Assembly (NCBI GenBank): GCA_934162365.1
Contig: CAKPIK010000001.1
Span: forward strand, 341,501-405,500
Direction: 5' to 3'
Origin: an uncultured Clostridia bacterium
GTDB lineage: Bacteria > Bacillota > Clostridia > TANB77 > CAG-508
Length of the DNA stretch: 64,000 bases
The stretch's first letter is position 1. Every line of letters begins with the position of its first letter. Under the pieces are notes generated by a model. It did no database searches and was not told where the DNA came from. It saw only the letters and a program-made list of their open reading frames with translations. The translations under genes and the position numbers were made by a program. Below are positions 19,672 through 28,040 of the stretch, in pieces.

Positions 19672-21361
19672 ATGTTAAAAGAAATTATAAATAATTACAA
19701 AAAACAATCAATTAAAGTAGCACTTCGGTTGGTTTATAACAAGTATAATGGTAGTAGTTTTTATAGCTTTTACAATTGTTATGGTAGAATATGCAATACC
19801 AAGTAAGGATATTAAATTAATAATAGTATTAGGTATAAGCTATTTTGGAGTTAATATTTTGCGTTCTATTGTTACATTTTTTGAAGACTTTAATGATGAG
19901 GGATTTCAAAAAGAATTAGAAGCGGATTACAGAGAAAAAATTTATTTAAAGTTACAAAAAACAACGCAAAGTGAAATAGACAAAATAAGAGTTGGTGAAA
20001 TATTAGAAAATATAATAAATGATACAAAAGAATTTGCAAGATGGTATAATGCAGGAATTTGTAGGTCTTATTTTGGAGGAATAGTAAGATTAGTTGGAAC
20101 ATTGCTTGTGTTAATGTATTTAAATATACCAATAGTTACAATAACATTCTTGATATATATATTTGGATTTTTGGTAACACATATATTTAATAAAAAATCA
20201 ATTGAATACACAAAGTTAAAAAGAGAAGCAAATGCTAAAATATTAAACTGGTCAAATGAACAAGTACAAGGATATTCTACAATAAAATCATTAGAGATTG
20301 AACACGAAAGAATTTTGCAAGTAAAAGGGTTAATTTCACAATATGAAAAGTCTGTAAATAAATTAGAAAAAAATATTAGAATATATACTTGTTTATATGA
20401 TTTTATAGTTTCATTCGTTGGAGTATTAAATATATTAATTGGCTCAGTAGGAGTTGAACAAGGAATCATAACATATGGAGCTATGATAATTCTTGCAAGA
20501 TATTTATCTTCACCAGAGACATATGCAAAATGGGTAATAGAAGGATTTCAAATAAGAAATATTGGAAAGATATCATATGAAAGAATAAATAATATCTTGC
20601 AAAAAGAAGAGGAAGAAATAAATATAGGAATACAATTAGAAAAAGTAAATAGCATTCAATTTGAAAGTATTAGTTTTTCATATGATAATGAGAAAAATGT
20701 TTTAAACGATATATCTTTTAATGTAAATAAAAATGAAAGTGTTGCCTTAATAGGAAGAACAGGTAGTGGAAAGACAAGTTTAGTAAATTTAATTTGTAGA
20801 TTTTATGACTTAAAAGAGGGAACTATTAAAATAAACGGAAAAGACTATAAAGAATATAGTATAAAAAGTTTAAGAGATAAAATTGGATATATTATGCAAA
20901 AAGTCGTAATATTTGATGGAACAATTTTAGAAAATATAAATTATGCTAATAAAAATATTTCAAAAGATGAAATAGTTGAAATATGCAAGAAGTTAAATTT
21001 ACATGATAAAATAATGTCGTTAAAAGATGGATACGAAACAAAGATTTCTAGTGATACAGATATTTTTTCAGCAGGAGAAAAACAACTTTTAAATTTTACA
21101 AGAGTAATGGTTGAAAATCCAGAAATTATAATACTAGATGAAGCTACAGCATCACTTTCATATAGATCTGAAATGATGGTAAGAAAAGCAATAGAAGAGA
21201 TAACAAAAGGAAAAATAAGTTTCATTATAGCACATAGACTCTCAACTATTAAAAAATGTGACAAAATATTACTTATGAAAGATGGTAAAATAATAGAAGA
21301 AGGAAACCACAATGAACTGATGAGTAAACAGGGAGAATACTATCAATTAATTAATGTTTAA
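19672..21361 (+). pseudogene. ABC exporter permease/ATPase (subunit 2) with an apparent +1 frameshift near the 5' end
   Basis: ATG 19672 lies 3 nt after the upstream stop and opens MLKEIINNYKKQSIKVALRLV.... The main ORF (19748..21361: GRTGSGKT, SAGEKQ, IILDEAT) is in the next frame and is open from 19721. Deleting one T of TTT 19733-19735 joins them. Confidence 0.6.
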
Positions 21362-21372
21362 GTGAAAGAATA

Positions 21373-21400
21373 AAAGCTACCGTGTCAAATGGTAGCTTTT
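21373..21400. terminator. bidirectional terminator
   Basis: AAAGCTACC-gtgtcaaat-GGTAGCTTT between convergent genes. Confidence 0.65.
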
Positions 21401-21421
21401 ATGGACTATATATTATATATT

Positions 21422-22707
21422 TTAAGATTTCCAATAAATATCACTTAAATTCTTTAACTCTATTTTAAAGTCTTCTAATTGGTTATCTGAAAATTTATCT
21501 CTTAATTTTCTAGCTTTTTTTGACCATTCTTTAAATTTATTTTCAGTAAATTTCTTTTGATGATTATAATGTAATCCGTGCATTCTTTTATATTCTCTGT
21601 TATATTCTATTAAAATTGGACTATTTTGTACTTTTTCTTTTTGTTTATTTAAAGCACCTATCTCTTTACAAGTTTTTCCTGTATTTTCAAATAAACTATT
21701 ACAATATTTTTGGTCATTTCTTCCTTTTTGATTTGGATTATTACTACTAGTTATAGGTATAAATAGTTTACCACAATTTTCGCATTTAGTTATAACAAAA
21801 TTATTTTGAATTACTTTAAATAACTCAAATTTGATTTGTTCTTCACAATTATTTATCTCATAAACTTCTTCAACATATATATTTTTTGTATGCATTACAT
21901 CAATCAATTCTTCTACTGATAATTGTTTTTCTTTAAAAGTTATATCAGCATTGCAAATATATTTAGTTACAAATTTTGTGTCTAAAAACAATGCGTGGGC
22001 AGGATTGGTGTTCAAATAATGTAAATCAAACACATCTTTAGCTTCATATAAATATAATCTTTCTTCATTACTCAAATTTCGAACAAAAGAATTATTAGAA
22101 TATTCACTTATTAATTCTAATCTTTCTTTCAAGTCGCTTTTTTGATTTATAAGGTCTTTTATTAAGTAATCCTTTATTGTTTCAAAAAACTTTATATATT
22201 CATTATGTTTTTTTTTTCGAGATTTTATCTATTTCAGTAGTCCACTCATACATTATTGTTTGAAATACATAATGGTTTTCTTCTATTTCTTCAAATATTT
22301 CATTTGGAGTATATTCAGTATTATCAATATATACTCCAATATTATTCTTGAATAAGAGGTCACTTCTAAATACTCCTGAATTATATGTTTTTATGATTAT
22401 ATCTATTAAAGTTTGAGTGTAAAAATGCGTATATGGAGAAAAATTCAAACATTCTTGTACTTTATGAAACATTTCAAATAAAAAATTAACCTTTTTATCC
22501 ATACTATTACATTCTTTATTGCTACAAACAATGTTAATTAATTCTGTATATAGAATTTTTAGTTTATCAAATTCATCATATTCCATAATTGCAAAATCAT
22601 ATAATTTATCACCAATATTGTATTCAAAATCCAAAGTAGAACCAAAAAATTCCCCGTCCATTTTTTAAAATAATTTTATTGTTATTAAGTGTGAAATTAC
22701 TTGTCAT
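21422..22707 (-). pseudogene. hypothetical Cys-rich protein (~427 aa if corrected) broken into three frames by two homopolymer +1 shifts
   Basis: GGAGG RBS plus ATG at 22707. Frame changes occur at the A6 run (plus-strand T6, 22661-22666) and the A10 run (plus-strand T10, 22208-22217). Removing one A at each joins MTSNFTLNNNKIILK + track ORF 22203..22661 + track ORF 21422..22132. CENCGK...KYCNS...KTCKE cysteine motifs. Confidence 0.55.
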
Positions 22708-23060
22708 AACTGTGTTTCCTCCATTTTTAAATAGAATATAGCTATTTTAATTTTTAGTTTACCTATAGACTTTGTAAATTCTATTTACAACACTATTTTA
22801 GCATTTTATAATGTTTTTAGCAAGATAGAAAATAGCAACTCTAAATAAATATTTTCTATCAACTGCACATTGAAAATTGAATAGCAAACTGCAAGACATA
22901 TAATGATACTTCCGTCTGGCTAACGTGATGTAAAGGGGCGGTTCACTAAAGGTGAAATGAGGGCAAATCTCATATGTGTATATACCACTTGTAGTTTTAA
23001 AATAAAAGTAATATTTTTAAAACTTTAATAATAGTATTGAAATGGAAGAAGGTGAGAATT

Positions 23061-23243
23061 TTGAAAAAGAGTTTGAATATTACATTTATTAATCCTAATA
23101 CTGAAGAACAAATTGTACAAGCTATGGCTGGAGTTCTTGCTTATAATTTGGCTGAGAATGATGAAAATATAAAATTTGACTATAACAATTCAAATACTTA
23201 TCAAAATTCTCACAAAGAAATAGAAGATGAAATTGAATTATAA
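23061..23243 (+). CDS. small hypothetical protein (60 aa)
   Basis: AAGGTGAG RBS and TTG 23061 give MKKSLNITFINPNTEEQIVQAMAGVLAYNL.... It lies inside track ORF 23037..23243. Confidence 0.4.
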   Translation: MKKSLNITFINPNTEEQIVQAMAGVLAYNLAENDENIKFDYNNSNTYQNSHKEIEDEIEL

Positions 23244-23278
23244 TGACAAAAAATATAGAAAAATTTTTACAAAAAGTC

Positions 23279-23307
23279 TTGATATTTTAATAAAAAGTTT
23301 GTATAAT
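23279..23307 (+). promoter_or_regulatory. sigma-A promoter of the type III TA locus
   Basis: TTGATA, 17-nt spacer, TATAAT, with TG immediately upstream of the -10 box. Confidence 0.55.
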
Positions 23308-23346
23308 GAATATAATAGTAGTAGATATTTAATATCTGCTATAATT

Positions 23347-23454
23347 AAAAATGTGAATCGCAACGTCACTTGCGAGATATAAATTTGTGAATGAAAGAAT
23401 GTTAATCGCACCCCTACTTGCGGAATATAAATGAGTAGGTGAAAAAATGTTAAT
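23347..23454 (+). ncRNA. type III antitoxin RNA repeats (two full ~47-nt units plus a partial third)
   Basis: Unit 1 is AAAAATGTGAATCGCAACGTCACTTGCGAGATATAAATTTGTGAATG. Unit 2 is AAAGAATGTTAATCGCACCCCTACTTGCGGAATATAAATGAGTAGGTG. Then AAAAAATGTTAAT... follows. Internal stems covary: TCGCAA/TTGCGA versus CGCA/TGCG, and TCAC/GTGA versus CCTACT/AGTAGG. Confidence 0.7.
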
Positions 23455-23465
23455 TATAGGAAAAT

Positions 23466-23498
23466 GGGGGTCTAGAAATTATTTAGATCTCCTATTTT
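23466..23498 (+). terminator. weak attenuating terminator between antitoxin repeats and toxin gene
   Basis: GGGGGTCTAGAAATTATTTAGATCTCC imperfect hairpin followed by TATTTT. This position is typical of type III TA loci. Confidence 0.4.
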
Positions 23499-23522
23499 AA
23501 TAAAAGGAGAATTGCAATAAAA

Positions 23523-23993
23523 ATGATAATAGAAGATGGAAAATTTTATTTTATAAAAGATGAATTTTTTGATGTATTTAAAGATTATGGATTAATGCTA
23601 AACAAAGAAAATGGAAAAAAGAGACCATGTTATTTTTGTTTTAGAGATAAATATAATAAAGAAATTATTTGGTTTGTTCCAATTTCAACTAAATATGATA
23701 AATACCAGAAAATATATGAATATAAAAAACAAAGACAACATAGAGTATACAATTTTGTTTTTGGTGAAGTAGTTGGAAAGAAAGCTGTATTTTTAATTCA
23801 AAATATATTTCCAACAACTGAAGAATATATATTAGAGAAATATGTTGCAGAAAACAAAGATGTTGAAATAGCACTAAATGTAAGAAACAAAATTATAGCT
23901 TACTCAAGACAAGTAATAATGAAAGCAGAGCAAGGTATTAATATTCCATTTTATAATATTATAGAAATGGAAAAGATATTATTAAATAAATAA
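23523..23993 (+). CDS. type III toxin-antitoxin system toxin (ToxN/AbiQ/CptN-like endoribonuclease)
   Basis: KFYFIKDEFFDVFKDYGLMLNKENGKKRPCYFCF...WFVPISTKYDKY resembles the ToxN/AbiQ-type N-terminus. It is preceded by tandem RNA repeats and a terminator. Confidence 0.7.
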   Translation: MIIEDGKFYFIKDEFFDVFKDYGLMLNKENGKKRPCYFCFRDKYNKEIIWFVPISTKYDKYQKIYEYKKQRQHRVYNFVFGEVVGKKAVFLIQNIFPTTEEYILEKYVAENKDVEIALNVRNKIIAYSRQVIMKAEQGINIPFYNIIEMEKILLNK

Positions 23994-23996
23994 TTA

Positions 23997-24052
23997 TTAA
24001 AACTCAAATGTACTCGCCACCCTGTTGGCGACAAATAAATGCGTAGATGAAC
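23997..24052 (+). repeat. orphan antitoxin-like repeat downstream of the toxin gene
   Basis: AAACTCAAATGTACTCGCCACCCTGTTGGCGACAAATAAATGCGTAGATG keeps the AATGT..TCGC(stem)GCGA.A.ATAAAT..GT...TG layout, with compensating stem CGCCA/TGGCG. Confidence 0.55.
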
Positions 24053-24067
24053 AAATTATAAAAAGCT

Positions 24068-24097
24068 ATTCCTAAATGCAGGAGTAGTTTTTTTGTG
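24068..24097 (+). terminator. rho-independent terminator
   Basis: CTATTCCT-aaatgc-AGGAGTAG stem followed by a T7 run. Confidence 0.6.
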
Positions 24098-24185
24098 CTT
24101 TTATATTGAAAAAGTGAAACTGATATGCTAAAATGTAACAGAACGAAAACAACGAAACAGAGAAAATAAAGAAAGTAGTGATGTT

Positions 24186-25817
24186 ATGAAAATTGCAGCA
24201 TATTGTAGGGTATCAACTGAAAAAGAAGCACAAATAGACTCATTAGAAAAGCAAATAGAATTTTTTAATGAATTTACAAAAAAGAACGGTTATGAATTGT
24301 ACAAGCTATATGCAGATGAAGGAATATCAGGAAAACAAATAAAACACAGAAAACAATTCCAACAAATGATGATAGATGCCAAAGCAAAAAAATTTGATAA
24401 AGTAGTAGTAAAAGATGTAAGCCGTTTTGCAAGAAATACAGTAGACTTATTACAAAGTGTAAGAGAGTTAAAATCTTATGGTGTACAAGTTGATTTCTTA
24501 AACAATGGTGAAGTAATGGAAGGTGGCTCTGAATTTATATTAACAATTTTAGGAGCAATGGCACAGCAAGAAAGTGCAAATATGTCTAAAAGAGTTAAAT
24601 TCGGAAAAGACATCACAGCTAAAAAAGGAAGAGTGCCTAACCTGGTATTTGGATATGACAAAATTCCAGATGAAAGATATACTTTAAAAATAAATGAAGA
24701 AGAAGCAAAAATCGTAAAAGAAATATTTGAAAGTTACGTATATAAAGGAATAGGTACAACAAAAATAGCATGGAACTTAAATGACAGAGGAATACGTACT
24801 AAAAAGACAAAATCAAAATGGGTACAAACATCTATTGTAAGAATGCTTAAAAATCCAATATATACAGGAAGAGTAACAAATAAAAAATCAGAAGTAACAG
24901 ACTTTATAACAGGGACAAGAAAAGAATTGCCAGAAGAAGAAAGGATAATAGTGGAAAAACCAGAAATGAGAATAATATCAGACGAACTATTTAACAGAGC
25001 ACAGGAACTTTTAGAGCAAAGATCAAACGAATTTAAATTAAATAACAAAAGAGAAAAAACAGAATATGTATTTAGCACACTTATATATTGCAAACATTGT
25101 GGTTATTCATTTAGAAGAATAAAGAGAAAATATACAGCTGATGGACCAGAATATATAAGATGGGTATGTAGTGGAAGAAATTCAATGGGAGTAAACCATT
25201 GTCCAAATACAACTGTTATTGATGAAGAAGAACTTTTAAATGCAATAAAAATCTATTTAAAAAGTATAATAAAAAATAAAAAAGATTTTATGAAAGCTGT
25301 TGAAAAAGAATTTGAAAAGATTACAAAATTAAGAGAAAACAATGAAAGAAGCGAAGAAAGTCTTTTAAAAGAAATTGAAAAAGTAACAGTTAAAAAACAA
25401 AAATATATGGAAATGTTTCAAAATGAAATAATCAATATACAAGAATTAAAACAATACACAAATCCACTAAATGAAGATATTACAAGACTTGAAAGAGAAT
25501 TAAAACTAATTACATCAGAAATAAAAGAAAAAGATGTACTAGAAAAAGAACTTAATAAAACAATAAAAACAGTAGATGACATATTAAATAATCAAACAAT
25601 AACAAATGCAATGTTAAAAACAATAATAGATGTAATTGAAGTTGATTCAGATTCAAATGTAGAGGTAAGACTAAAATTACTAAATGAAATAGGAACAAAT
25701 GAGCCAGTAATAACGAAATTTGAAGACATTTACCAAAATGGAGAAGACGCAGAAAACAAAGATGCAAATAATAATGAAGAAAACTCTACCGCTCTGAAAA
25801 GTAACAACAGTACATAA
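24186..25817 (+). CDS. large serine recombinase
   Basis: MKIAAYCRVSTEKEAQIDSLEKQ catalytic N-terminus, then a recombinase domain, zinc ribbon CKHCGYSF...WVCSGR...CPN and coiled coil. The stop codon lies 1 nt before the right-hand GATGTAA core. Confidence 0.9.
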   Translation: MKIAAYCRVSTEKEAQIDSLEKQIEFFNEFTKKNGYELYKLYADEGISGKQIKHRKQFQQMMIDAKAKKFDKVVVKDVSRFARNTVDLLQSVRELKSYGVQVDFLNNGEVMEGGSEFILTILGAMAQQESANMSKRVKFGKDITAKKGRVPNLVFGYDKIPDERYTLKINEEEAKIVKEIFESYVYKGIGTTKIAWNLNDRGIRTKKTKSKWVQTSIVRMLKNPIYTGRVTNKKSEVTDFITGTRKELPEEERIIVEKPEMRIISDELFNRAQELLEQRSNEFKLNNKREKTEYVFSTLIYCKHCGYSFRRIKRKYTADGPEYIRWVCSGRNSMGVNHCPNTTVIDEEELLNAIKIYLKSIIKNKKDFMKAVEKEFEKITKLRENNERSEESLLKEIEKVTVKKQKYMEMFQNEIINIQELKQYTNPLNEDITRLERELKLITSEIKEKDVLEKELNKTIKTVDDILNNQTITNAMLKTIIDVIEVDSDSNVEVRLKLLNEIGTNEPVITKFEDIYQNGEDAENKDANNNEENSTALKSNNST

Positions 25818-25825
25818 AGATGTAA
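25807..25825 (+). repeat. right junction (attR-like) repeat
   Basis: ACAGTACATAAAGATGTAA, with the core GATGTAA at 25819-25825. Confidence 0.75.
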
Positions 25826-25968
25826 GTGAAAGATTACTAAAGATAAATCCTGCATTAGCACATGATGTTAGAATAGTACTAGATGAAAATAAAGCAGAAA
25901 GACATATAAGGGGAGGTATGGCTACAAAACTAAAATATGAACATGATAAAGCAATCAAGAGTGGATAA
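25819..25968 (+). CDS. spoIIID: spoIIID 3' segment
   Basis: No start codon of its own. It translates to DVSERLLKINPALAHDVRIVLDENKAERHIRGGMATKLKYEHDKAIKSG-stop. This matches B. subtilis SpoIIID DLTERLPEINPDLANEVKEILDYHKSIRGHLGGESTKLKYKK. Confidence 0.85.
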   Translation, partial: DVSERLLKINPALAHDVRIVLDENKAERHIRGGMATKLKYEHDKAIKSG

Positions 25969-25987
25969 TACTCTTGATTATTTTTTT
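25953..25987 (+). terminator. spoIIID terminator
   Basis: AATCAAGAGT-ggataat-ACTCTTGATT perfect stem followed by a T7 run. Confidence 0.75.
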
Positions 25988-26061
25988 GTCACTGTTTTGT
26001 CATATATAAGTGATACATTATAAATAGTGTGATATAATAGATCATAGGAAGGTTAATAAAA

Positions 26062-26727
26062 ATGATTAAAGTTTTGTTAGTAGAAGATAATAATGCAATA
26101 ATTTTAGGATTAGAGTATTTATTTAAAGAAGAAGGATTTGAGTATAGTATTGTAAAAAATAAAAGGGATACTTTAAATATTCTAGATAAAGAAACATTTG
26201 ATGTTGTTTTATTAGATGTGTCACTTCCAGATGGAAATGGGTTTGATATTTGCAAATATATAAAAAAGAAAAAGAATATACCAGTTATATTTTTGACAGC
26301 AAAGGACGAAGAAAAAGATGTAGTTATGGGATTTGACTTAGGTGCAGATGATTATATTATAAAACCGTTTAGAAATAGAGAATTGGTGTCAAGAATTAAA
26401 AATGTTTTAAGAAGGAAAAATAATTTAGATAATTGTTTGCAAATTAAAAATATAAAAATTAATACTGAAACTGGCAAAGTTTATAAAGACGAAGAAGAGA
26501 TAACTCTTACTAAACTTGAATATAAAATATTAGTTAATCTATTTTCAAATAGAAATAAGTTAATAACAAGAGAAGAAATATTAAATGATATATGGGACAT
26601 AGCGGGAAACTTTGTGGAAGATAATACACTTACAGTATATATAAAAAGAATAAGGGAAAAAATTGGAGACAAAGAAGGTAAAATAATAGAAACAGTTAGA
26701 GGAATAGGGTATAGAGTAATAGACTAA
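26062..26727 (+). CDS. OmpR-family response regulator
   Basis: Receiver domain (LLDVSLPDGNG) plus winged-helix C-terminus (TVYIKRIREKI...VRGIGYRV). Confidence 0.9.
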   Translation: MIKVLLVEDNNAIILGLEYLFKEEGFEYSIVKNKRDTLNILDKETFDVVLLDVSLPDGNGFDICKYIKKKKNIPVIFLTAKDEEKDVVMGFDLGADDYIIKPFRNRELVSRIKNVLRRKNNLDNCLQIKNIKINTETGKVYKDEEEITLTKLEYKILVNLFSNRNKLITREEILNDIWDIAGNFVEDNTLTVYIKRIREKIGDKEGKIIETVRGIGYRVID

Positions 26728-26739
26728 TAAGGAGAAAAA

Positions 26740-27957
26740 ATGAAAATATTTAAAAATAAAGGGATAAAGAATTTAATATTAACTAGTACATTAATAATTG
26801 TTTTGGCAATTATTTCGGTTGTTTGTATTAATGGTTATTATAATAATAAATATAAACAAACCATTAATTTATATATATCTAACATTTTAAATGTTGTAGT
26901 AAAAGAATATCCTAATGTTAGTGAGGAAGATTTAGTAAAAATATTAAATAGCAAGAAGCTTGAAGAAGAAAACTCTTTATTAGAAAAGTATGGGATATAC
27001 AATGAACCAGCAATAGAAATATTAAAACAAAAAGATAAAAATATTATAATGTATAACTTAATAATATTAATAGCAACAAGTGTAGCATTAACAGTTGTAT
27101 TTTATTTTTATTTAAAATATAGACAAAATGAAATTGATAAAATTACTAAATATGTAGAAAGAGTTTCGAATAAAAAATATATTTTAGATATAGATGAAAA
27201 TACAGAGGACGAGCTAAGTAGTTTGAAAAATGAATTATACAAAATAACTGTTATGCTAAAAGAAGAAGCAGATAATTCGGAAAAACAAAAAGAAGCATTA
27301 ACAACATCAATTTCTGATATATCACATCAATTAAAAACACCACTTACATCAATATTGATAATGTTAGATAACTTAAGTGAAAGCGATAATATGGATAAGC
27401 AAACTAGAGATAAATTTATAGCTGAAATATCAAGACAAATTGAAAATATGAATTGGCTAGTAATTTCACTTTTAAAATTATCAAGGCTAGATGCAGGTGT
27501 TGTTGAATTTGAAAGTCAAAGAATAAATGCTAATAAGCTAGTAAATGAAGTAATATCAAATTTAGAAATAATGACTGAACTAAAAAATGTAGGCTTTGAA
27601 ATAGAAGCAAATAAAGATTGCTATTTTATTGGAGACTATAACTGGAATAAAGAAGCAATTCAAAACATAGTAAAAAATGCGATTGAACACACAAAAATAA
27701 ATACAAAAGTAAAAATAAGAATTGAGGAAAATAGTGTATATACAAGTATAACGGTAAAAGATGAGGGAAGTGGAATAAATCCAAAAGATTTAAAACATAT
27801 ATTTGATAGATTTTATAAATCAGAAAATTCATCAGAAAATAGTTTTGGAATAGGCTTATCACTTTCTAAGAGTATAATAGAAAAGCAAAATGGATATATA
27901 CAAGTTGAAACAAAAGAGAATGAAGGAACAAAATTTATTATAAAATATATAAAATAA
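26740..27957 (+). CDS. sensor histidine kinase
   Basis: Two TM helices, H-box ISDISHQLKTPLTS, N box NAIEHT and G boxes DEGSGI and GIGLSL. Confidence 0.9.
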   Translation: MKIFKNKGIKNLILTSTLIIVLAIISVVCINGYYNNKYKQTINLYISNILNVVVKEYPNVSEEDLVKILNSKKLEEENSLLEKYGIYNEPAIEILKQKDKNIIMYNLIILIATSVALTVVFYFYLKYRQNEIDKITKYVERVSNKKYILDIDENTEDELSSLKNELYKITVMLKEEADNSEKQKEALTTSISDISHQLKTPLTSILIMLDNLSESDNMDKQTRDKFIAEISRQIENMNWLVISLLKLSRLDAGVVEFESQRINANKLVNEVISNLEIMTELKNVGFEIEANKDCYFIGDYNWNKEAIQNIVKNAIEHTKINTKVKIRIEENSVYTSITVKDEGSGINPKDLKHIFDRFYKSENSSENSFGIGLSLSKSIIEKQNGYIQVETKENEGTKFIIKYIK

Positions 27958-27982
27958 GGAGTTTATCTCCTTATTTTTTCAT

Positions 27983-27999
27983 AGTCATAAAAAAGTCAT
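27983..27999 (+). promoter_or_regulatory. possible response-regulator binding repeats
   Basis: AGTCAT direct repeats spaced 11 bp apart (27983-27988 and 27994-27999), just upstream of a TAAAAT -10-like box before the ABC genes. Confidence 0.3.
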
Positions 28000-28040
28000 T
28001 TTATATGTGTAAAATATAAACAAACAAGGAGGAAATTAAA

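Larger units (their letters stand above)
13789..25825 (+). mobile_element. ~12.04-kb integrative mobilizable element (large serine recombinase + MobV relaxase/oriT; Tn4451-like architecture) inserted in spoIIID
   Basis: It separates the two halves of spoIIID and is bounded by the GATGTAA core repeats. It carries a recombinase at the right end, relaxase plus oriT, defence-type cargo and ABC exporters. Confidence 0.8.

Noticed and set aside
23347-24052. The ~47-nt repeats as a possible mini-CRISPR array.
   Set aside because: The units are contiguous with no spacers. There are only two to three copies plus one distant copy, and no cas genes. The layout of promoter, repeats, terminator and ToxN-like ORF fits a type III TA locus.
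24101-24129. A confident sigma-E promoter for the recombinase gene.
   Set aside because: Only about 6/7 of the -35 positions and 4/7 of the -10 positions match my recollection of the consensus. It is kept as a weak hypothesis inside a finding, not as a feature.
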